This document shows positions 27,548 to 36,201 of a DNA stretch of 64,000 nucleotides, piece after piece (the stretch's first letter is position 1; every line of letters starts with the position of its first letter). Under the pieces are notes generated by a model, which had not been told where the DNA came from, did no database searches, and worked only from the letters and a program-made list of their open reading frames with translations. The position numbers were made by a program, and so were the translations under genes. Origin of the DNA: Candidatus Eiseniibacteriota bacterium (GTDB taxonomy: Bacteria > Orphanbacterota > Orphanbacteria > Orphanbacterales > Orphanbacteraceae). The DNA lies in the NCBI GenBank assembly GCA_016867715.1, contig VGIW01000006.1, positions 233-64,232 on the forward strand, in the 5' to 3' direction.

Positions 27548-28126
27548 CTAGCCGACGGCCGCCGTTAGGGAAACGGCGTCCAAGAGGCACTCCCCTTCCG
27601 GTGTCGCGAGGAGGCATCCCCCCTCCCCCTTCTTCGCGGTCTCCTGCCAGGAATGGACCATCTTCTTTGCGGTCTTCCCGTCGACGTCCATGTAGAGACC
27701 GTCGGTCGCCTCACCGATCCTGCTCTTCACGTGATGCTCGGCGTCGAGGATCCGGGCGCTCTTCTCGAGAAAGCCGCGCCCTGTCTCCTTGCACCCGAGC
27801 GCATAGAGGCGGAAGCCGGACTTCGTCTCGACCACCTGCACCGTCAGGAGGACCTTCCCCGAGGTCGGGCAGAGGATCGCCTGACCGGACTTCGCCTTCT
27901 CGCCGGTCGCGTGAAGACAGCCGGCCGAGGCGGCGGAGGCTCCCTTCATTCCCGCGCACCCGGGCGTGGCGCTCGCCTTCATCATCGAGGAGCAGCCGGA
28001 AGAGGCCTTCGCCTTCTGGACTCCGCTCTTGGCCCCCTCGCACGCTCCCGCGGGTCCCGCCCCCGCGACAAGCAGGAAAGCAAGCCCGACCGCCGACCAT
28101 GCCGCTCGAACCGCGAAATGCCTCAT
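27548..28126 (-). CDS. Secreted Cys/Met-rich protein of unknown function
   Basis: AAGGAG RBS and a signal peptide (MRHFAVRAAWSAVGLAFLLVAGAGPAGA). Four K/S/A/G-rich segments each carry a Cys (GACEGAKSG, SSGCSSMMKAS, TPGCAGMKGAS, SAGCLHATGEKAKSG), followed by a ~110-aa globular part with 4 more Cys. Confidence 0.5.
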   Translation of the reverse strand: MRHFAVRAAWSAVGLAFLLVAGAGPAGACEGAKSGVQKAKASSGCSSMMKASATPGCAGMKGASAASAGCLHATGEKAKSGQAILCPTSGKVLLTVQVVETKSGFRLYALGCKETGRGFLEKSARILDAEHHVKSRIGEATDGLYMDVDGKTAKKMVHSWQETAKKGEGGCLLATPEGECLLDAVSLTAAVG

Positions 28127-28206
28127 GAACTCAACTCCTTGTTGTCAGGGTTTCTTTCGTCCGCCGGCCAGGGGAGCAGGCCGCCGGATAGCGTAACGAC
28201 ACTCCG

Positions 28207-28235
28207 TTCTTAATAAGAGAATCAGCCGGAGTCAA
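28207..28235 (-). promoter_or_regulatory. Sigma-70-type promoter candidate for gene 27548..28126
   Basis: The minus strand reads TTGACT-17 nt-TAAGAA, inside an AT-richer patch. Confidence 0.4.
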
Positions 28236-28266
28236 GTCCACCGGCCGATTCTCCTTGCATCGACTC

Positions 28267-29271
28267 TCAGCGCCCTCTCGGCTGCTTCGCCCCCGCCGAA
28301 CCGGACGATCGGCTCGATGAAGGCGGCGCGGAGGATCGGGACGCGCTCGGCGCCGGCGAGGATCCCCTCGTCGCGTGCGACCGGCTCGGCGCGATTCGCT
28401 CCGAGGAACGCGTGCTCGAGGGAGCGGAGACCTGCGGCGAGGCGGCTTCGCTCCGAACCCGCTTCTTGGTCGGGGAGACCGTGCTCGCGCTCGGCGCGCG
28501 TGCCTCGCTTCCGTGAGGCGATCCGCGGGTCTTCTTCTGCGACACGGTCGACGCGGCCGGAGCGCGCTCGGCCCCTCGATACCGCGCGGAACGGTACGCC
28601 GGCGCATCGGCCTCCGCGGAACGCACCGTCGTCTTCTTCTTCCAGTAGCTCTCCCGAGCCGCGGCGGTGCTGTACGTATGGCGATAGTCCCAATAATGGT
28701 GCCCGCGATGGCCGCACCACCAATACCGGTCGTGCCAGTAGCCCCACGAGTACGGGCTGTGCCACGCCCACGCGAAATGCCAGCCGGGGCGATACCAAGG
28801 ATAGTAACGATAGGAAACGTAGAAATACGAATCCCACCACCACGGGTCCCAGAACCAGGGATCCGAATCGACGTACACGTACGCCATGCTCGGAACCGAC
28901 CACGGGACCATGCGCACTTGGACGTACCGGGGATGGCTGTAGCGCAGGAAACCGAGGTGCGAGGGGACGACCGCCGCAACGGCCCCCTCCTCCTCGTACC
29001 CCTCCTCGGTTTCGAGCGAACCGTACCCCGACCCGCTCCGAATCATCGCCTCGAGGATCCTCTCGCTCACGCCCATCTCCTCGAGACGGACGATCTCGGA
29101 GGTCGTGAGGCCGAAGTCGGAGCCGCTCTCCTCGATCTGGGCGAGGATCACTCGCTCGCTGACACCGGCCTCGAGAAGATCGAGGACATCGTCGACATCC
29201 ATCGGCGTCCCGGCGAACGCGACGGGCGCGAAAAGAACCAGCAACAGTGCGGGGAATCTCGCTCGGCCCAT
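28267..29271 (-). CDS. Secreted protein with an extreme Trp/Tyr-rich core (YxWGxW-type motif) and a basic Ser/Arg/Ala tail
   Basis: Signal peptide MGRARFPALLLVLFAPVAFAG, then two GVSER(V)ILAxI..SG repeats. The core reads DPWFWDPWWWDSYFYVSYRYYPWYRPGWHFAWAWHSPYSWGYWHDRYWWCGHRGHHYWDY (YSWGYW fits YxWGxW). The C-terminal ~130 aa are low-complexity and basic. Confidence 0.6.
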   Translation of the reverse strand: MGRARFPALLLVLFAPVAFAGTPMDVDDVLDLLEAGVSERVILAQIEESGSDFGLTTSEIVRLEEMGVSERILEAMIRSGSGYGSLETEEGYEEEGAVAAVVPSHLGFLRYSHPRYVQVRMVPWSVPSMAYVYVDSDPWFWDPWWWDSYFYVSYRYYPWYRPGWHFAWAWHSPYSWGYWHDRYWWCGHRGHHYWDYRHTYSTAAARESYWKKKTTVRSAEADAPAYRSARYRGAERAPAASTVSQKKTRGSPHGSEARAPSASTVSPTKKRVRSEAASPQVSAPSSTRSSERIAPSRSHATRGSSPAPSASRSSAPPSSSRSSGSAGAKQPRGR

Positions 29272-29328
29272 GACGCGATCCTTTCCTTGAGGGGAGAGGA
29301 GTCCCTTTCGAATACCCACTCCTCTCTT

Positions 29329-29357
29329 AGATTACCCCAGATCCGCATCCTTGACAA
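29329..29357 (-). promoter_or_regulatory. Sigma-70-type promoter candidate for the Trp-rich protein gene
   Basis: The minus strand reads TTGTCA-17 nt-TAATCT. Confidence 0.4.
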
Positions 29358-29539
29358 CCCGATCCGCTTCGTCCGGTTCCGGGGCGGCCGGCGCTTCCCG
29401 GCGAGGGGGACGCGCCTCCGACGGATCCAGAAACCCTTGCCCGACCGGCCGCCGGTGTGATACTTCTTATTCTATCGGGAACGGGCATTCTCGTCGAACT
29501 GTCAGGTCAGAGCATCATCTGCAAGGAAGGAGAACCGGC

Positions 29540-30586
29540 ATGGTAGGCGTGATCGGTTACGGTGCCTACATCCCTCGGTACCGGATTCGCGTGGAGGAGA
29601 TCGCGAAGACGTGGGGAGCGGACGCTCCGAGCTACAAGCGCGGCCTCCTCCTCAAGGAAAAATCCGTCCCTGCGCCCGACCAGGACACGATCACGATGTC
29701 CGTCGAGGCCTCCCGGTACGCCGTGCGGCGGGCCGGGATCGATCCGACGCGGATCGGCGCGGTCTACATCGGCTCGGAGTCGCACCCGTACGCGGTGAAG
29801 CCGAGCGGAACCGTCCTCGCGGAGGCGCTCGGCGCCACGCCGGAGGCGCACACGGCCGACTTCGAGTTCGCGTGCAAGGCCGGCTCTGAGGGGATGTTCG
29901 TCGCGATGGGTCTCGTGCGGGCCGGGCTCGTCGAGTACGGCCTGGGGGTCGGCGCCGACACCTCGCAAGGGGCGCCGGGGGATGCGCTCGAGTACTCCGC
30001 CTCGGCCGGCGCTGCCGCCTTCCTTTTCGGCACGGAGAAGGTCCTTGCGGAAGTCGAGGAGACCTACACGTACATGACCGACACTCCCGATTTCTGGCGG
30101 CGCGAGCACCAGTACTACCCGCAGCACGCCGGCCGCTTCACCGGCGAGCCGGCGTACTTCAAGCACACGCTCGGCGCGGCGAAGGGGATCTTGAAGAAGG
30201 CGGGCGCGACCGCGAAGGATTTCGCGTTCGCCGTCTTTCACCAACCGAACGGGAAGTTCCCGCAGAAGGTGGGCGAGATGCTCGGCTTCACCAAGCAACA
30301 GTTCGAGACGGGACTCCTCTCCCCCACGCTCGGGAACACCTACTCCGGCGCCTCTCCGATCGGGCTCACCGCGATCCTCGACGTCGCCAAGCCGGGCGAC
30401 CGGATCCTGATGGTCTCCTACGGATCGGGCGCGGGGAGCGACGCGTTCATCTTCCGCGCGACCGACCTCCTGCCGAAGGCCCAGGATCTCGCGCCGAAGA
30501 CGCGTCCCCAACTGGACGAGAACAAGTTCTACCTCGATTACGGCACCTACGCCAAGTTCCGCGGCAAGATCCGCAAGGCCGGATAG
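29540..30586 (+). CDS. Hydroxymethylglutaryl-CoA synthase, archaeal-type (348 aa)
   Basis: GAAGGAG RBS. MVGVIGYGAYIPRYRI..EEIA..WG......K.GL...EKSV...DQDTITM.VEA...A..RAGIDP..IGAVY.GSESHPYAVKP....LAEALG......ADFEFACKAG. The short length and N-terminus fit the archaeal/PksG-like HMGS class. Confidence 0.85.
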   Translation: MVGVIGYGAYIPRYRIRVEEIAKTWGADAPSYKRGLLLKEKSVPAPDQDTITMSVEASRYAVRRAGIDPTRIGAVYIGSESHPYAVKPSGTVLAEALGATPEAHTADFEFACKAGSEGMFVAMGLVRAGLVEYGLGVGADTSQGAPGDALEYSASAGAAAFLFGTEKVLAEVEETYTYMTDTPDFWRREHQYYPQHAGRFTGEPAYFKHTLGAAKGILKKAGATAKDFAFAVFHQPNGKFPQKVGEMLGFTKQQFETGLLSPTLGNTYSGASPIGLTAILDVAKPGDRILMVSYGSGAGSDAFIFRATDLLPKAQDLAPKTRPQLDENKFYLDYGTYAKFRGKIRKAG

Positions 30587-30595
30587 GAGGAAGCG

Positions 30596-31753
30596 ATGAG
30601 AGAAGTCGCAATCGTGGGCGTCGGCATGACGCGCTGGGGCGAGCTGTGGGAGAAATCCCTGCGCGACATCTACGTCGAAACCGCTCTTCTCGCGATGGAG
30701 GACGCCGGCGTCGACAGGATCGACTCGATGGTCGTCGGGTGCATGTCGAGCGGTCTCTTCGTCGGGCAAGAGCACCTCGGTTCGGTCCTCGCGGACTACC
30801 TCGGCCAGGCTCCGGTTCCGGCGACGCGCGTGGAGAGCGCGTGCGCCTCGGGCGGCCTCGCGATCCGGACTGGGTTCATGGAGGTCGCCTCGGGAATGAG
30901 CGACATCGTGCTCGTCTCCGGCGTCGAGAAAATGACCGACGTCGACGGAGGGGACGCGACCTACGCGCTCGGGACGGCGGCGGATCAGGAGTACGAGTGC
31001 TACCACGGGATCACGTTCCCGGGGCTCTACGCGATGATGGCGCGGGCGTACATGCATCAGTACGGCCTCACGCGCGAGGAGCTCGCCGCGGTCGCGGTGA
31101 AGAACCACGAGAACGGATCGAAGAACCCTCTCGCACAGTTCCCGATGCAGGTCACGATCGAGCAAGTGATCGGATCCGTACTGGTGGCCGATCCGCTTCG
31201 CATTCTCGACTGCTCGCCGATCACCGACGGCGCGGCGGCGATCATCCTCTGCCCCCTCGACCAGGCGAAGAAGATCTCGAAGAACCGTCCGGTGAAGATC
31301 ATCGGAAGCGGCCACGCGACCGACAGCATCGCGTACCACTCGCGCGAGGATCTCACCTCTCTCGAGGCGGTCGCGAAGGCGGCCGAGCGGGCGTACAAGA
31401 TGGCCGGCGTCGGCCCGGACGCGATCGACGCGGTCGAGGTCCACGACTGCTTCACGATCGCCGAGATCCTCGCGATCGAGGCGCTCGGTCTCGTGGAGCG
31501 CGGGAAGGGACGGACCGCCGCCTCCTCGGGGCTCACCGCGATCGGCGGAAAGATCCCCGTGAACCCGAGCGGCGGCCTCAAGTCGAAGGGACACCCGGTC
31601 GGCGCCACCGGCGTCGCCCAGGTGATCGAGCTCGTCAAGCAGCTTCGCGGCGAGTGCGGCGAGCGACAGGTGAAGAACGCGCGCCGCGCGCTCGCGCAGA
31701 ACATGGGCGGTTCCGGCGGATCCTCGATCGTGCACATCCTGGAGGTGGGCTAA
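30596..31753 (+). CDS. Thiolase-domain protein (acetyl-CoA C-acetyltransferase, archaeal-type)
   Basis: [16 protein letters not shown]......ESACASGG.A......VASGM.D.VLV.GVEKM...[11 protein letters not shown]...[10 protein letters not shown]....E.LG...[17 protein letters not shown]. Confidence 0.85.
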   Translation: MREVAIVGVGMTRWGELWEKSLRDIYVETALLAMEDAGVDRIDSMVVGCMSSGLFVGQEHLGSVLADYLGQAPVPATRVESACASGGLAIRTGFMEVASGMSDIVLVSGVEKMTDVDGGDATYALGTAADQEYECYHGITFPGLYAMMARAYMHQYGLTREELAAVAVKNHENGSKNPLAQFPMQVTIEQVIGSVLVADPLRILDCSPITDGAAAIILCPLDQAKKISKNRPVKIIGSGHATDSIAYHSREDLTSLEAVAKAAERAYKMAGVGPDAIDAVEVHDCFTIAEILAIEALGLVERGKGRTAASSGLTAIGGKIPVNPSGGLKSKGHPVGATGVAQVIELVKQLRGECGERQVKNARRALAQNMGGSGGSSIVHILEVG

Positions 31754-31754
31754 C

Positions 31755-32144
31755 ATGTTCTCGTCCCGATATTGGAGAGAGATCCCGCAGCGCTACCGAA
31801 TGGAAGCGGCGAAATGCTCAGGCTGCGGAACCGTTTCCTTCCCTCCCCGGCTCATCTGCCCGAAGTGCAAGGGGCGGACATTCGAGAAGGTTCGCCTTCC
31901 CGACCAAGGGAAGGTCCTCACGTACACGGTGATCCACGTCCCGGCGACCCCGTTCAAGGACGAGGTCCCCTTTGCGATCGCCGTGGTCGAGCTGGATGGA
32001 GGCGTCCGGATCACGTCGCAGGTCGTCGATTGCGACCCCGCGACGATCCGGATCGGCCAGCGCGTGCGGACCGAGTTCCGCAAGCTGCAAGAGGTCGGCG
32101 ACGCCGGGGTTCTCTGTTACGGATACAAGTGCGTTCCGGCTTAG
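31755..32144 (+). CDS. DUF35 Zn-ribbon/OB-fold protein (thiolase/HMGS scaffold subunit type)
   Basis: 129 aa with CSGCG..FPPR..CPKC (Zn ribbon) followed by an OB-fold-like G.V.TYTV......F......A.VEL.GG.R...QV. The start lies 1 nt after the thiolase stop. Confidence 0.8.
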   Translation: MFSSRYWREIPQRYRMEAAKCSGCGTVSFPPRLICPKCKGRTFEKVRLPDQGKVLTYTVIHVPATPFKDEVPFAIAVVELDGGVRITSQVVDCDPATIRIGQRVRTEFRKLQEVGDAGVLCYGYKCVPA

Positions 32145-32223
32145 CCTGGATCATGCACGCGTCTCCTGCTGCGGACGGACGCAGGACGCGTGGCCACGAG
32201 ACGGACGGAGGGGATGGAATCGC

Positions 32224-33834
32224 GTGTACAGAATCGAAAGCCGAGCGGACGTCAAGGGAGACGCCTTTCGTGAGAACCGCGAGTCGATGCTTCGCCTCGT
32301 GGAGCAGCTTCGATCCGTTCTCGCCGAAGCGAGGAAGGGAGGACCGCCCGAGGCGATCGAGCGCCACAAGAAGCGCGGCAAGCTGACCGCCCGCGAAAGG
32401 CTCGACCTCCTCTTCGATCGCAACACCCCGTTCCTCGAGCTGAACGCTCTGGCCGCGTGCGGCATGTATGACGACCAGGCGCCCGCCGCCGGCATGGTGA
32501 CGGGGGTCGGCGTGGTGCACGGCCGCGAGGTCGCCGTCGTGGCGAACGACGCGACCGTGAAGGGCGGGACCTACTTCCCGATGACGATCAAGAAGCACAT
32601 CCGCCTTCAGGAGGTGGCGCTTCAGAATCGCCTGCCGTGCATCTATCTCGTCGACTCGGGAGGCATCTTCCTCCCCGAGCAGGCGGGCACGTTCCCCGAC
32701 AAGGAGCATTTCGGGCGGATCTTCTACAACCAGGCGCGCCTCTCCGCCGAGGGGATCGCGCAGATCGCGATCGTGCAGGGATTCTGCACCGCGGGGGGCG
32801 CGTACGTTCCCGCGATGAGCGACGAGACGGTGATCGTGCGGAAACAGGGAACGATCTACATCGGCGGCCCTCCGCTCGTGAAGGCGGCGACCGGCGAGGT
32901 CGTGAGCGCGGAGGAGCTCGGCGGCGCGGATGTCCACTGCCGGATCTCCGGCGTCGCGGATCACTACGCGGTCGACGACAAGCACGCCCTCGGCATCGCC
33001 CGGAACATCATCGAGAACCTCGACCCGCCCCGGCGCTTCGCGCTCGAACGCCGCGAGCCGGAGGATCCTTACTACGACCCGGAGGAGATCTACGGCGTCG
33101 TGCCGAGCGATCTCCGCCGGCCGTACGACGCGCGCGAGGTGATCGCGCGTATCGTCGACGGGAGCCGCTTCCACGAGTTCAAGGAGCTCTACGGGACGAC
33201 GCTCGTCTGCGGCTTCGCGCACATCCTCGGCTATCCGGTCGGGATCCTCGCGAACAACGGGGTTCTCTTCTCGGAGTCGGCGCTGAAGGGCGCCCACTTC
33301 ATCGAGCTCGCGACGATCCGCAAGATCCCCCTCCTCTTTCTGCAGAACATCACCGGCTTCATCGTCGGAAAGCAGTACGAGCATGGCGGGATCGCGCGCG
33401 ACGGCGCGAAGATGGTGCACGCGGTCGCGAACGCGGACGTCCCCAAGTTCACGGTGGTCGTCGGCGGATCGTACGGCGCGGGGAACTACGCGATGTGCGG
33501 CCGCGCATACAACCCGCGCCTCCTCTGGATGTGGCCGAACGCGCGGATCTCGGTGATGGGGGGCGAGCAGGCGGCGAACGTCCTTCTTCAAGTCAAGATG
33601 GAGCAGATGGCGGCGAAGGGGGAAACCCCGATGGGCGAGAAGGACCAAGAGGAGTTCAAGAGGCCGACCCTCGAGAAGTACGAGCGGGAAGGGAGCCCCT
33701 ACTACAGCACGGCGCGCCTTTGGGACGACGGTATTCTCGACCCGCTCGACACCCGGAAGGCGCTCGCGCTCGCCATCGCCATGTCCTTGAACGCGCCGAT
33801 CCCGGACCAGAAGTACGGCGTGTTCCGCATGTAG
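32224..33834 (+). CDS. Methylcrotonyl-CoA carboxylase beta (carboxyltransferase) subunit
   Basis: GTG start gives 536 aa. [27 protein letters not shown]......[53 protein letters not shown]...[11 protein letters not shown]...V...GTI...[11 protein letters not shown]. Confidence 0.85.
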   Translation: MYRIESRADVKGDAFRENRESMLRLVEQLRSVLAEARKGGPPEAIERHKKRGKLTARERLDLLFDRNTPFLELNALAACGMYDDQAPAAGMVTGVGVVHGREVAVVANDATVKGGTYFPMTIKKHIRLQEVALQNRLPCIYLVDSGGIFLPEQAGTFPDKEHFGRIFYNQARLSAEGIAQIAIVQGFCTAGGAYVPAMSDETVIVRKQGTIYIGGPPLVKAATGEVVSAEELGGADVHCRISGVADHYAVDDKHALGIARNIIENLDPPRRFALERREPEDPYYDPEEIYGVVPSDLRRPYDAREVIARIVDGSRFHEFKELYGTTLVCGFAHILGYPVGILANNGVLFSESALKGAHFIELATIRKIPLLFLQNITGFIVGKQYEHGGIARDGAKMVHAVANADVPKFTVVVGGSYGAGNYAMCGRAYNPRLLWMWPNARISVMGGEQAANVLLQVKMEQMAAKGETPMGEKDQEEFKRPTLEKYEREGSPYYSTARLWDDGILDPLDTRKALALAIAMSLNAPIPDQKYGVFRM

Positions 33835-33862
33835 CCGATCGGTCGCGAAGCGGAGGGGGACG

Positions 33863-34654
33863 ATGACGAAGGAGTACAAGAACCTGACGCTTCACGCGGC
33901 GGACCGCGTCGCCACCCTGACGCTGAACCGCCCGGAAGTTCACAACGCGTTCGACGACGCCATGCTCGGCGAGCTTCAGGACGCCTTCGAACGGCTCGCC
34001 GGCGACGAGAGCGTGCGTGTGGTGGTTCTCACCGGCGCGGGGCGCTCTTTCTCCGCGGGGGCGGACCTCGGCTGGATGAAGCGGATGGTCCGCTACACGC
34101 TCGAGGAGAACCTCGCCGACGCGCGGCGTCTCGCCGACTGTCTCGACCGCCTCCACCGGCTGCCGAAGCCGACGATCGCCCGCGTAAACGGCGCCGCGAT
34201 CGGCGGCGGCATGGGGCTCGTGGCCGCCTGCGACCTCGCGATCGCGTCGGAAAAGGCGGTGCTCGGCCTCTCCGAGGTGAAGCTCGGGCTCGTCCCGGCG
34301 GTGATCTCGCCGTACGTCGTGCGGCGCGCGGGCGAGGGGAAGTGCCGCGAGTTCTTTCTCACGGGCGAGAGGCTCTCCGCAGCGAAAGCTCTCGAGGCGG
34401 GACTCGTTCACCGGTGCGTGCCGGAGGAGGAGCTCGACCGCGCGGTCGCCGAGACCGCCGCGTCTCTCCTCTCGAGCGGGCCTCGCGCGCTCGCGGCGTG
34501 CAAGACGCTCCTCGACACGGTGTCCGAGACGCCTCTCGATCGGGTGAACGAGATCACGCTCCGAATGATCGCGGAGATGCGCGTCGGAGAGGAAGCGCAA
34601 GAAGGGATGGCCGCGTTCTTCGAGAAGCGGAAGCCCTCTTGGAGCGGTTCCTGA
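33863..34654 (+). CDS. Enoyl-CoA hydratase/isomerase family, methylglutaconyl-CoA hydratase-like
   Basis: VATLTLNRPEVHNAFDD.M..EL......L......VRVVVLTGAGRSFSAGADL.WM...ARVNGAAIGGG.GL.AACD.AIA...A..GLSEVKLGL.PA.ISPY. Confidence 0.8.
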   Translation: MTKEYKNLTLHAADRVATLTLNRPEVHNAFDDAMLGELQDAFERLAGDESVRVVVLTGAGRSFSAGADLGWMKRMVRYTLEENLADARRLADCLDRLHRLPKPTIARVNGAAIGGGMGLVAACDLAIASEKAVLGLSEVKLGLVPAVISPYVVRRAGEGKCREFFLTGERLSAAKALEAGLVHRCVPEEELDRAVAETAASLLSSGPRALAACKTLLDTVSETPLDRVNEITLRMIAEMRVGEEAQEGMAAFFEKRKPSWSGS

Positions 34655-34681
34655 TACCCTATTTCGGAAATAGGGTATCAG
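34651..34681. repeat. Perfect 15-1-15 inverted repeat, AT-rich relative to its surroundings (operator or RNA hairpin candidate)
   Basis: CTGATACCCTATTTC-G-GAAATAGGGTATCAG overlaps the hydratase stop codon and ends 14 nt before the biotin carboxylase ATG. Confidence 0.9.
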
Positions 34682-34695
34682 GTACCGAAAGGGAG

Positions 34696-36192
34696 ATGAG
34701 CGTGTTTCGAAAGATCCTCGTCGCGAACCGGGGGGAGATCGCGATCCGCGTTCTCCGGGCGGCGCGGGAGCTCGGCATCCCCACCGTCGCGGTCTATTCG
34801 GAAGCGGACGCGGACGCCCCGCACGTCCGTTTCGCCGGCGAGTCGGTCTGCATCGGTCCCGCGGAGCCGTCGAAGAGTTACTTGAGCTTCGAACGGATCT
34901 TCGAGGCGGCGCGCACGACCGATGCCGACGCGGTGCATCCCGGCTACGGGTTCCTCGCGGAGAATCACGAGTTCGCCGCCGCGTGCGAGGAACGGAAGAT
35001 CGTCTTCATCGGATCGAACGCCGAATCGATCCGGCTCCTCGGATCGAAGACCGAATCGCGGCGAACGATGGCCGCCGCCGGAGTCCCCGTCATCGCGGGG
35101 ATGCAGATCGGCGGCGATTCGATCGAGACCTTCGCCGCCGAGGCGAAGAAGGTCGGGTATCCGGTCCTCATCAAGGCGTCGGGCGGAGGGGGCGGGAAGG
35201 GGATGCGGATCGTGCGCGGGCCCGAGACGCTCGTGGAATCGGTCGAAGCGGCCCGGCGCGAGGCGCTCTCCGCGTTCGGCAACGACTCGGTCTATCTCGA
35301 GAAGCTGATCGAGAAGCCGCGGCACGTCGAGTTCCAAGTGATCGGCGATCACGACGGGAACGTCGTTCATCTTTTCGAGCGCGAATGCTCGATCCAGCGA
35401 AGACATCAGAAGATCGTCGAGGAGAGCCCCTCGACCGCGCTCGATCCGGAGCTCCGGCGCCGGATGGGCGAGACGGCGATCCGGGTCGTCCGCGCCGCCG
35501 GCTACACGAACGCGGGAACGGTCGAGTTCCTCCTCGACGCGAGCGGCTCCTTCTACTTCCTCGAGGTGAACACGCGTATTCAGGTCGAGCACCCGGTCAC
35601 GGAGATGCTTGCCGGCGTCGATCTCGTGAAGACGCAGATCCGGGTCGCCGCCGGGGAGCGGCTCCCTTGGAAACAGGAGGACCTCTCCGCGCGCGGCCAC
35701 GCGATCGAATGCCGCGTCTATGCCGAGGATCCGGAGACCGGGTTCCTTCCCTCCGCCGGCACGATTCTCTTCACGCGCGAACCTTCCGGTCCCGGCGTGC
35801 GCGTCGATTCGGGGATCGAGTCGGGGTACTCCGTTCCGGTCCACTACGATCCGATCCTCTCCAAGGTGATCGTGTGGGCGGAGGACCGCCCCGCCGCGAT
35901 CCGGAAGATGCGCCTCGCCCTCGCCGATTACCCGATTCTCGGAATCCGGACGATCGTGCCGTTCCTTATCGCCGTGCTCGATCATCCGGAGTTCGCGGCG
36001 GGCCGGACGCACACCGGATTCATCGAGGAGCACCTTCCGGGTTGGAAGATGGCCGCGGATCCGTCCGATCTCGATGCGGCGCTTCTCGCGGCCGCCCTCG
36101 CGGCGGACCGACCGGCGCCCGAGGAGACGGGCCTCGCGGCGCGCGCCCCGACCCCCTGGCAAACCCTCGGCAAATGGGAGATCGCCACGTAG
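34696..36192 (+). CDS. Biotin carboxylase (acyl-CoA carboxylase alpha, BC domain plus the start of the BT linker)
   Basis: GGGAG RBS. MSVFRKILVANRGEIAIRVLRAARELGI.TVAVYSEAD..A.HV..A.E...IGPA....SYL.....HPGYGFL.EN..FA......FIGS...I...G.K...LIKAS.GGGGKGMR.V...FLEVNTRIQVEHPVTE. Ends at TAG 36190-36192. Confidence 0.9.
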   Translation: MSVFRKILVANRGEIAIRVLRAARELGIPTVAVYSEADADAPHVRFAGESVCIGPAEPSKSYLSFERIFEAARTTDADAVHPGYGFLAENHEFAAACEERKIVFIGSNAESIRLLGSKTESRRTMAAAGVPVIAGMQIGGDSIETFAAEAKKVGYPVLIKASGGGGGKGMRIVRGPETLVESVEAARREALSAFGNDSVYLEKLIEKPRHVEFQVIGDHDGNVVHLFERECSIQRRHQKIVEESPSTALDPELRRRMGETAIRVVRAAGYTNAGTVEFLLDASGSFYFLEVNTRIQVEHPVTEMLAGVDLVKTQIRVAAGERLPWKQEDLSARGHAIECRVYAEDPETGFLPSAGTILFTREPSGPGVRVDSGIESGYSVPVHYDPILSKVIVWAEDRPAAIRKMRLALADYPILGIRTIVPFLIAVLDHPEFAAGRTHTGFIEEHLPGWKMAADPSDLDAALLAAALAADRPAPEETGLAARAPTPWQTLGKWEIAT

Positions 36193-36201
36193 GACGGACC
36201 G

